In this document: piece by piece, positions 18,459 to 26,339 of the stretch
Numbering within the stretch: the first letter of the stretch is position 1
Layout of the letters: every line of letters begins with the position of its first letter
Made by a program: the position numbers and the translations under genes
Source of the DNA: an uncultured bacterium
GTDB taxonomy: Bacteria > Patescibacteriota > Dojkabacteria > SC72
Direction: 5' to 3'
DNA length: 64,000 nucleotides
NCBI GenBank assembly: GCA_903840015.1
Contig: CAIMEL010000004.1
Span: forward strand, 97,452-161,451
The notes under the pieces: model-generated
What the model saw: only the letters and a program-made list of their open reading frames with translations
The model's database searches: none
Told to the model about the DNA's origin: nothing

Positions 18459-18907
18459 AGATACATATAGTGCTAGATAATATAAGATCAGTTTTTAATG
18501 TAGGCAGTATATTTAGATCTGCCGATGGTGCAGGTAGTGTAGAGAAAATATACCTGTGTGGAATAACATCTCCCATTGATAATCCCAAATTAGAAAAAAC
18601 AGCATTGGGAGCGACAGAGATGGTTGATTCCGAACATTACGATACAACAGAGGAGGCAATAGAAGAGCTACGCTCAAGAAATATACCAATATACTCTGTG
18701 GAATTAACTGAGAAAGCTCAGAATTTCCAATCAATTAAATATCCCAATGAACTAGCTATTGTATTTGGTCATGAGAAGAAAGGTGTAGAAGAAGATATAC
18801 TAAAGGAGAGTGATAATCATATTATGATTCCAATGAGAGGGAAGAAAGAATCTCTTAATGTCGCAAATTGTGCAAGTATAATTCTTTACGAATTAACAAG
18901 AGAGTAG
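18455..18907 (+). CDS. SpoU/TrmH-family RNA 2'-O-methyltransferase (TrmL-like, minimal).
   Basis: SPOUT knot motifs NVGSIFRSADGAG, AIVFGHEKKGVEEDI and NVANCASIILYEL are present in a 150-aa protein. Confidence 0.75.
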   Translation: MKIHIVLDNIRSVFNVGSIFRSADGAGSVEKIYLCGITSPIDNPKLEKTALGATEMVDSEHYDTTEEAIEELRSRNIPIYSVELTEKAQNFQSIKYPNELAIVFGHEKKGVEEDILKESDNHIMIPMRGKKESLNVANCASIILYELTRE

Positions 18908-18927
18908 AATCTGCTAGAATATATCAT

Positions 18928-21450
18928 ATGGAGATTTCAAGAAAGAGTGTAGTGATTGCATCTTCGATAATAGCTTTGGCAGGGTTAGGATTTGTAGCAT
19001 ATTCACTTCTAAATGAACAATCAGAAGAGGGTGGAGCTTGGTTCAATAGTAGCTGGATGTACAGAAGAAGTTTAACTGTTGAAAACACTGGCACGACATT
19101 AACGAATGAGGATGTGCTGGTAGAATTTGATACAGCGACTCTTGTAACGAACAGTAAATTACAAAGCGATTGTGATGATTTAAGATTTGTTGATAGTGAT
19201 GACAGCACTCTCTTGAAATATTGGATAGAAGGAGAGTGTAACACAACAAATACCCAAATATGGGTACAGATACCAAGCTTACCGAATGGTGGCAAAACAA
19301 TATATGTTTACTACGGTAACGATACAGCAACAAGTGCAGAGGAAACCTGGAGCGGAGATTTCATTTTACTCTCCGACACATCTTGTCCTACTGGATGGAG
19401 CCAAGATACAGCCTTTAACGACAGATTCATGTATGGAGCAACAACTGCAGGCACAGATTATACGCCGACACTTAGTACACATAACCACGGAGGTTCAAAA
19501 AGTATAACAACTGGGGGCCCTTCAACTACGGTTCCACCAAGAGATCCTGGAGCAGGAGGTTCTTCCGGTTCATCTTCAACACATACCCATACAGCAAGCA
19601 TACCCATAGCAAACGCAACTGTGTTACCACCATATATGGATATGTACGTCTGCACAAATTCAAGATTAAACCTTGAAACAAATCTTGTAACACTATTTGA
19701 TTCTGAGACATTGCCAACTGGATGGACACAGTTTTCAGGATTGACTAACAGATTTCCGAGAGGTGGCACATACAGTGGGACAGGAGCTGGTACAAGTACA
19801 CATACTCATACAGTATCAAATGCCACCAGCTCAGGAGCCAGTGCGACACTTTCATTGAACACTGGTTTTGTAAACTACAATGTCCAAAATATTACACAAG
19901 CTCACACTCATACCATATACCCAACTTGTGGGTCTGCAAATCATATACCACCATATAGACAGATGGTTTACGCTGAAGTCACATCATCAACCTACGATTA
20001 TGGAAACCTCGTCTCAATGTTTTCCGACGATCCACCATTAGGCTGGACCTATTTCTCAAGCTTAGAAGATAAATTCGGATATGGGGTGAGCACTTTTGGT
20101 ACAAGAGATGGAGGGACAAGCACACATACACATAGCATAACCACAACAAGTAGTACCCCATCCTCGAATAGAGATATAGATGGAGGATCTTCAGCAGTAG
20201 CTCGAGGGAATCACACTCATACAGGAAGCGGTACAACATCTGCAGAATCCAATATACCTTCATATCGCACTGTGATTTTTTACCAAAGAAAATCATCTGT
20301 AAGTGTAACAGACACAAATACACCTCCTGTGGAAGAAATGTACAATCAAACACCAAACGCTCCTTCCTCTTTGCTAACAGAAGGCTCTACAAACCCGACA
20401 GGTATAACAGATTTAACTCCAGAGTTCAGTGCTGTATACACTGATCCAGATACTGGAGATACTGCTACACATTACCAAGTGCAAGTAAACACATCATCTG
20501 ATTTTACTGGAACGTCTATGTGGGATTCAACAAAAACACTCTTTGGAACCGCATTGGATATAAATGATCGTTCGCCAGACATATCATACAATGGTTCAAC
20601 ATTACAATGGAGTAGTACATACTACTGGAGAATCAAATTTTGGGACAACAATGATTTCAACAATGAAGGACCTTGGTCTACTGGAGGTCAATTTACTACC
20701 AATTACAAGCCGAATCAACCATCCACACCATATACAAGTGGAAGTGCAAACCCAGTAAAAACAACACTCACTCCAACGTTCTCAGCAATTTTCTCAGATA
20801 CAGACGCACCGGATACAGGGGATTCATACCAGATACAGGTAAACACATCCTCTGATTTCACTGGGACGTCTATGTGGGATTCCACAAAAACAGCTTTCTC
20901 TCCAGTAATAAATAACAATACAAGATCATCTAACATTACATACAATGGTTCTTCCTTAGTCGCTGGTACACAATACTTTTGGAGAATTATGTTTTGGGAT
21001 AATAATGATTTGGAAAGTATATGGTCTACGACGTCCAATTTCATTACAGCTGGTCCACCACAAAACCCTTCAGCACTACTAACTGAGGGTAGGACAAATC
21101 CTGTTACAATTGTCGCAGGCTATCCCAATTTTTCAGCTTTCTACACAGACCCCAATGGTGATTCTGCAACATATTACGAAATCGAAATCAATTCCAGCGC
21201 TACATTTACAGGAACTGTAATGTGGGATACAGGTAAAACAGCCACATCCATAACTTCAAATACAAGATCTCCAGATTACACATATGATGGAGTCCCATTA
21301 ACTGATACAAACAATGTTTACTACTGGAGAATCCGATTCTGGGATAGTGATGATACCGTCAGTGATTGGTCCTCAACAGCTCAATTTACTGACAAATTTA
21401 CTCACCTCATAATCGATGGTCTTCAGTTAAAAGGTGTTAAAATCAATTAA
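18928..21450 (+). CDS. Large membrane-anchored modular surface protein. It contains a DUF2341-like module, 3 tandem phage tail-collar-like repeats with HTHT motifs, and 3 tandem Ig/FN3-like repeats.
   Basis: The ORF track begins at 18868 and overlaps the preceding gene by 40 nt. The Met at 18928 (MEISRKS) directly precedes the signal-anchor helix VVIASSIIALAGLGFVAYSLL and is the likelier start. Domains were assigned by eye and are detailed in the findings. Confidence 0.6.
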   Translation: MEISRKSVVIASSIIALAGLGFVAYSLLNEQSEEGGAWFNSSWMYRRSLTVENTGTTLTNEDVLVEFDTATLVTNSKLQSDCDDLRFVDSDDSTLLKYWIEGECNTTNTQIWVQIPSLPNGGKTIYVYYGNDTATSAEETWSGDFILLSDTSCPTGWSQDTAFNDRFMYGATTAGTDYTPTLSTHNHGGSKSITTGGPSTTVPPRDPGAGGSSGSSSTHTHTASIPIANATVLPPYMDMYVCTNSRLNLETNLVTLFDSETLPTGWTQFSGLTNRFPRGGTYSGTGAGTSTHTHTVSNATSSGASATLSLNTGFVNYNVQNITQAHTHTIYPTCGSANHIPPYRQMVYAEVTSSTYDYGNLVSMFSDDPPLGWTYFSSLEDKFGYGVSTFGTRDGGTSTHTHSITTTSSTPSSNRDIDGGSSAVARGNHTHTGSGTTSAESNIPSYRTVIFYQRKSSVSVTDTNTPPVEEMYNQTPNAPSSLLTEGSTNPTGITDLTPEFSAVYTDPDTGDTATHYQVQVNTSSDFTGTSMWDSTKTLFGTALDINDRSPDISYNGSTLQWSSTYYWRIKFWDNNDFNNEGPWSTGGQFTTNYKPNQPSTPYTSGSANPVKTTLTPTFSAIFSDTDAPDTGDSYQIQVNTSSDFTGTSMWDSTKTAFSPVINNNTRSSNITYNGSSLVAGTQYFWRIMFWDNNDLESIWSTTSNFITAGPPQNPSALLTEGRTNPVTIVAGYPNFSAFYTDPNGDSATYYEIEINSSATFTGTVMWDTGKTATSITSNTRSPDYTYDGVPLTDTNNVYYWRIRFWDSDDTVSDWSSTAQFTDKFTHLIIDGLQLKGVKIN

Positions 21451-21461
21451 ATACGATATAA

Positions 21462-22211
21462 TTGCCTTCTATGAGTTTAAAACATGATTCTTTCAAAAAA
21501 TTAAGAAAAGAAAAAAGTAAATGGAAAGTAGATACACCTGAAGAATTTGAAATTCGGGAAGATGCTTTCTTAAAGGAAAGGTTGCAAAGTAAAGAACCTG
21601 ATATCAAAGCAACCGTAAGAATAACTGCTGGCAAAGTTAAAAATTTCATCATAGAAATACCTCGTGCTACAAGACCAATGACAGACAGGATGAAGGTAAG
21701 AGTTTTTGATATTCTAAAAGAGGATATTGTTAAAAAAGATATTCTAGATCTCTATGCAGGAGCAGGCTCTTTTGGCTTGGAAGCACTATCACGAGGAGCA
21801 AGCACTGTAACATTCGTAGATGCCTCTAAGAATGCGGACTTTGTTATCAAGAAGAACGTTGCTCATACAGGATTTTTAACACAGAGTGAGATAGTGAAAG
21901 AAAAAGTAGAAGATTTTCTTTTCAAAGCAACAAATCAAGAAGAGAGAAAAACTTTCGACATCATATTCCTCGATCCACCTTACAAGCTATTCAATACGAA
22001 GAAAACTTTCAAAATGGAATCCATTATCAACCTATCAACTAAACTTCTTTCTGGAGTAGCAAATCCAAAGAAAAAAGGATTCAAGGGAGCAATCATTATA
22101 AAGCATCCGAAACGATATGATTTAGAGAAATTAAAGCTTGAGAATATTCAAAGAATTGAAGAGATATCCTTCGGATTAAATTCCATCTCTTTCTTCATTG
22201 TTAAAACCTAA
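21462..22211 (+). CDS. rsmD: 16S rRNA (guanine966-N2)-methyltransferase RsmD-like.
   Basis: Contains RITAGKVKNFIIEIP, LDLYAGAGSFGLEALSRGA and FDIIFLDPPY (a DPPY catalytic motif). The N-terminal ~50 aa is probably over-extended by the ORF caller. Confidence 0.75.
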   Translation: MPSMSLKHDSFKKLRKEKSKWKVDTPEEFEIREDAFLKERLQSKEPDIKATVRITAGKVKNFIIEIPRATRPMTDRMKVRVFDILKEDIVKKDILDLYAGAGSFGLEALSRGASTVTFVDASKNADFVIKKNVAHTGFLTQSEIVKEKVEDFLFKATNQEERKTFDIIFLDPPYKLFNTKKTFKMESIINLSTKLLSGVANPKKKGFKGAIIIKHPKRYDLEKLKLENIQRIEEISFGLNSISFFIVKT

Positions 22212-22369
22212 CCACATTGCAAATTTTTTCTTAAAAATATAAAATAGCTACTAATGTATAAACAGTTCGGTATTAACAAAATCAAAATCAGCAAGATAGT
22301 TTTCCCCACACACCTTTTTTAATGATACGATCCTTTTTCACAACACTTTAAATTTTTTTACTTTTAATC

Positions 22370-24142
22370 ATGGATTCTGAAAATATATCTAAATTAGAAA
22401 AGATGAGACATTCTGCCTCTCATGTGTTAGCACATGCCATTTTGAAACTATACCCTGACACAAAATTGGGTATCGGCCCTGCTATAGACAATGGTTTTTA
22501 CTACGATTTTGATTTTACAGAACCAATAGAGGAGGAAGACCTAAAAAAGATTGAGAAAGAGATGAGAAAGATAATTAAAGAAGGGCTGACTATCGAGCAA
22601 ATCTTTATGTCACGAAAAAACGCCATAGATTACTATCAAAAAACAGATCAAACTTACAAATTAGAGTTACTTGAGGAGATTCCAGGAGAGGAACTCAGTT
22701 TCTTTGTAACTGGAGATAATGAGTTTGCAGACCTATGTAGAGGCCCTCATATCAGTAACACTAAAGAGATAGGGGCTATAAAATTGACGAAAACCGCAGG
22801 GGCATATTGGAGAGGAGATGAGACGAAGAAGATGTTAACCAGAATATATGGAACTGCGTTTGAAACAAAAGAGGAGCTTGAAAAATACCTTAAGGATCAG
22901 GAGGAGCTTGAGAAGAGAAATCATCGTAAACTTGGTAAACAGCTAGAGCTCTTTACCATTATTCCAGAAGTAGGACAAGGTTTGCCAATATGGCTACCTA
23001 GAGGATATGTCATGAGAAGAATACTAGAGGAATATATGTTAGAACTCGAAAGAGAAGCAGGATATGAACATATACTAACTCCACATATTAATAAGGAAAT
23101 ACTATTTCAAACTTCTGGACATTTACAATTCTACAAAGATTCTATGTATGCACCAATAACAGTTGAGGATGAAACCTACTACTTGAAACCTATGAACTGT
23201 CCAGCAGCAATGATGGTATACAAAATGACTCCAAAGAGTTACAGAGAGCTACCATACAAGCTTGGAGAGCTTGGAACTGTGTATAGATATGAGAAGAGTG
23301 GTGAGTTACATGGATTACAGAGAGTTAGAGGTTTTACACAGAATGATGCCCATCTGTTCTGTACTCCAGAGCAACTGGAAAGTGTTTTGAATGAAACTCT
23401 TGATTTGTTAGATATTTTCTACAAAGATGTGGGGTTCACCAATTACAAGTTTAGATTATCTCTATCAAGTAAAACAGAAAAGCAGGAGAAATATGCTGGA
23501 GATCCTGAGAAATGGGAATTTGCAGAGAATGCATTGAGAAAAGTATTAATAGATAGGGGATTAGAATTTGAAGAAATGCCTGGAGATGCAGCATTCTATG
23601 GACCTAAAATAGATATACAGGCAGTAAATGTTTTTGGGAAGGAAGACTCAGTATCAACTATGCAATTAGACTTCAATCTTCCTGAGAAATTCCAAATAAC
23701 ATATATAGATAGCGAGGGGAAAGAGAAACAGCCTTATGTAATTCACAGAGCATTAATAGGTTCCTTCGAGAGATTCTTCTCATTTCTGATAGAACATCAT
23801 GGTGGAGATTTCCCACTTTGGTTTACACCTGAGCAGGTATGTATTATACCTATTTCAGAGAAACAGAATGAATATGCATCAGGAGTATTCAAAAAACTTA
23901 AAGATGCAAAATTAAGGGTCAAGTTAGATATTAGGAACAAGAGTATGCAGGCACGAATTCGTGATGCAGAGAAAATGAAAATCCCTTACATCATAGTAGT
24001 GGGAGACAAAGAGATAGATACAGAAACAATATCTGTCAGGGCTAGAAGTAACAAGGAAGAGGGTCTTATGAAAGTACAGGAATTCATAGACAATCTCAGA
24101 GAAGAGATTAGAACGAAAGAAACTTTCACTAATAATATATAA
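22370..24142 (+). CDS. thrS: Threonyl-tRNA synthetase. The editing N2 domain begins MRHSASHVLAHA, and no TGS N1 domain is present.
   Basis: The motif RHSASHVLAHAILKLYPDTKLGIGPAIDNGFYYDF is the ThrRS second-additional domain. Class II motifs and a C-terminal anticodon-binding domain are present. Confidence 0.85.
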   Translation: MDSENISKLEKMRHSASHVLAHAILKLYPDTKLGIGPAIDNGFYYDFDFTEPIEEEDLKKIEKEMRKIIKEGLTIEQIFMSRKNAIDYYQKTDQTYKLELLEEIPGEELSFFVTGDNEFADLCRGPHISNTKEIGAIKLTKTAGAYWRGDETKKMLTRIYGTAFETKEELEKYLKDQEELEKRNHRKLGKQLELFTIIPEVGQGLPIWLPRGYVMRRILEEYMLELEREAGYEHILTPHINKEILFQTSGHLQFYKDSMYAPITVEDETYYLKPMNCPAAMMVYKMTPKSYRELPYKLGELGTVYRYEKSGELHGLQRVRGFTQNDAHLFCTPEQLESVLNETLDLLDIFYKDVGFTNYKFRLSLSSKTEKQEKYAGDPEKWEFAENALRKVLIDRGLEFEEMPGDAAFYGPKIDIQAVNVFGKEDSVSTMQLDFNLPEKFQITYIDSEGKEKQPYVIHRALIGSFERFFSFLIEHHGGDFPLWFTPEQVCIIPISEKQNEYASGVFKKLKDAKLRVKLDIRNKSMQARIRDAEKMKIPYIIVVGDKEIDTETISVRARSNKEEGLMKVQEFIDNLREEIRTKETFTNNI

Positions 24143-24164
24143 ATTAATACCTATTACTTTATTA

Positions 24165-24695
24165 ATGTACCAAGAGAAGAAGAAAGATTACGGTCCAAGA
24201 AGAAATGAATATATTCGAGTACCTAGAGTTCAATTGATAGGGGCTCAAGGGGAGAATTTGGGAGTTGTAGAAACAGGAAAAGCATTGATTTTGGCACAGG
24301 AAAGTGGACTGGATCTGGTAGAAGTAGGACCAAATGTAAGTCCACCGGTATGCAAAATTCTTGATTATTCAAAATATCTCTATCTGCAGAACAAGAAGAC
24401 AAGACAGAATAAAAATGGAAAGATGAAAGAAACAAAAGAATTCAGATTTTCACCAGTCATAGAACGGGCAGATATAGATCACAGAATTAAAAGATCTAAG
24501 GAATTTTTGAAGAAGGGTCACAATGTAAAAATCGTTGTAGTCAAAAAAGGGAGACAAACAAGAGAACAAGCTATGGATGTTTTCAACGATATATTGACTA
24601 ATTTCACCGATTATAGTAGTATCGAATCCGAATCTAAGTTCGAAGGAAATAGAATATCTTTGACTTTTAAACCAAATGGCAAGACAAAGAACTAA
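24165..24695 (+). CDS. infC: Translation initiation factor IF-3.
   Basis: The motif NEYIRVPRVQLIGAQGENLGVVETGKALILAQESGLDLVEV matches the IF-3 N-domain. It sits in the canonical thrS-infC-rpmI-rplT order. Confidence 0.85.
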   Translation: MYQEKKKDYGPRRNEYIRVPRVQLIGAQGENLGVVETGKALILAQESGLDLVEVGPNVSPPVCKILDYSKYLYLQNKKTRQNKNGKMKETKEFRFSPVIERADIDHRIKRSKEFLKKGHNVKIVVVKKGRQTREQAMDVFNDILTNFTDYSSIESESKFEGNRISLTFKPNGKTKN

Positions 24696-24888
24696 CAAAA
24701 CTGCAAGGAAAAGAATTTCAATCTCTAACCCTAGAGGTAATAAAAAGGCTAAAGTAATGTATAAGCAGAGCCATCAGGGGCATTTGAAGACTAAAAAATC
24801 ATCTCGAGAGAAGAGAAGACAGAAATCAAATGCATTGGTAGAGAAAAACATAGCAAAGAAAATGATTGCCAAGATAGTTAACATCTAA
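24676..24888 (+). CDS. rpmI: 50S ribosomal protein L35.
   Basis: It is a 70-aa basic protein reading MARQRTNKTARKRISIS...HLKTKKSSREKRR, and overlaps the infC 3' end as is usual. Confidence 0.8.
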   Translation: MARQRTNKTARKRISISNPRGNKKAKVMYKQSHQGHLKTKKSSREKRRQKSNALVEKNIAKKMIAKIVNI

Positions 24889-24898
24889 AGAAAATATT

Positions 24899-25237
24899 AT
24901 GAGAGTAAAAGGTGGAACAGTAAGACGAAGAAAACATAATAAAATCCTTTCAGCTACAAAAGGATACAGGATGACAAAAAACAACCTCTACAAGGTTGCT
25001 CATGAGGCATATCTACATGCTGGACAGTATGCATACGATCACAGACAGAAGAGGGCAGCTGTTGTGAGACGAATCTGGATTAACAAAATTAATGCAGCTT
25101 GTAAGAATAATAATATTCAATACAAAGATCTCATTAACAAATTAAAAACAAACAACATTGAGCTTAACAGAATGGTTTTGGCAGATATTGCATCAAATAA
25201 TTCAGAAGTGTTTTCATTTTTGGTAAAATCTTTGTAG
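24899..25237 (+). CDS. rplT: 50S ribosomal protein L20.
   Basis: The sequence MRVKGGTVRRRKHNKILSATKGYR...RQKRAAVVRRIWINKINAACK matches L20. Confidence 0.9.
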   Translation: MRVKGGTVRRRKHNKILSATKGYRMTKNNLYKVAHEAYLHAGQYAYDHRQKRAAVVRRIWINKINAACKNNNIQYKDLINKLKTNNIELNRMVLADIASNNSEVFSFLVKSL

Positions 25238-25255
25238 AGTTTTTTAAAGCTTTTT

Positions 25256-25286
25256 AAAGGACTCTGCAAAGAGTCCTTTTTTGTTT
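25256..25286 (+). terminator. Rho-independent terminator after rplT. It has a perfect 10-bp stem aaaggactct/agagtccttt with a GCAA loop, followed by a TTTTTTGTTT tract.
   Basis: The hairpin and T-tract were read directly, 19 nt after the rplT stop. Confidence 0.75.
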
Positions 25287-25315
25287 ACAAATATAATAGT
25301 ATACTTAAAACTATA

Positions 25316-26338
25316 ATGAACCAAATAGAAGATATACAAAAAGAATTTCAAATTGACAAAGAGAAACTTGATTATGCAGATATAAAAGAGAAATATCTTG
25401 GGAAACAGGGTTTACTCACTATTGCATTACAAGAGATAAGGAATATACCAGATGAACAGAGAGCGGAATATGGTAAGAAGGTAAACGATCTTAAGAATGA
25501 GATACTAGAAACACAAAACGTAGAACAACAAAAAACATATTCAAACAAAGAACGCATAGATCCTACAGCTCCATTTGATATTAATACCAAGGGAGAGAAA
25601 AGGAACAGGATATCACTAATATCCAAAGGTGCAGTTCACCCAATAACCAAGGAGGTGGAAACTCTTGTCGAGATATTCAAAGGTATGGGGTTTGATGTAT
25701 TGGAAAGTAGACAGATAGACGATGATTACCATATGTTCGAATCTGTAAACTTCCCCAAAGGTCACCCCGCCAGAGATATGTATGATACCTTTCTAACAGA
25801 AGATGGATATGTATTACCTGCACACACATCAACCATGCAAAACAGAGCACTCAAGCTATTTGGGCCTCCTCCAATAGCAGTTGTATTACCTGGCAGATGT
25901 TTTAGAAATGAGGCTACGGATGCTGGTCATGAACATACCTTTCATCAGATAGAAGGTGTATATGTAGACAAGGATATTTCACTTGGGAATATGTTAGCAA
26001 CAATCAAGACGTATCTGGAAGCATATCTCGAAAAGGAGTTGGAGGTCAAAGTACAACCTGCATATTTCCCATTTACAGAGCCTGACTGTGAGTTTGTCAT
26101 CAGCTGTCCTTTCTGTGACAAAGCAGGATGCAAAACATGTGGATATAGTGGTTGGATAGAAATAATGGGGTGTGGAATGATTCATCCAAATGTACTTCGA
26201 GAAGGTGGCATTGATCCTGATATTTACACAGGTTTTGCATGGGGTTTCGGTGTGGATAGGCTCACAATGATTAAAAAAGGCATTAAAGACATTCGACATC
26301 TGAGGGACTCTAACCTTAACTTCTTAGAACAGTTCTAA
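25316..26338 (+). CDS. pheS: Phenylalanyl-tRNA synthetase alpha subunit.
   Basis: The class II core reads FPFTEPDCEFVISCPFC...GWIEIMGCGMIHPNVL, and FAWGFGVDRL is motif 3. Confidence 0.9.
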   Translation: MNQIEDIQKEFQIDKEKLDYADIKEKYLGKQGLLTIALQEIRNIPDEQRAEYGKKVNDLKNEILETQNVEQQKTYSNKERIDPTAPFDINTKGEKRNRISLISKGAVHPITKEVETLVEIFKGMGFDVLESRQIDDDYHMFESVNFPKGHPARDMYDTFLTEDGYVLPAHTSTMQNRALKLFGPPPIAVVLPGRCFRNEATDAGHEHTFHQIEGVYVDKDISLGNMLATIKTYLEAYLEKELEVKVQPAYFPFTEPDCEFVISCPFCDKAGCKTCGYSGWIEIMGCGMIHPNVLREGGIDPDIYTGFAWGFGVDRLTMIKKGIKDIRHLRDSNLNFLEQF

Positions 26339-26339
26339 T

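Noticed and set aside
18868-18927. The 5' extension of the surface-protein ORF (MCKYNSLRINKRVESARIYH) that overlaps the SpoU gene by 40 nt.
   Set aside because: The extension precedes the signal-anchor region with no function and overlaps the upstream gene extensively. The internal Met at 18928 gives a conventional signal-anchor N-terminus and is taken as the start.
22212-22369. A possible T-box or leader element upstream of thrS.
   Set aside because: The intergenic region is only 158 nt, and no T-box consensus (AATTAGGGTGGTACCGCG-like) or specifier hairpin was found by eye. Only a 22-codon ORF with no obvious Thr-codon run is present.
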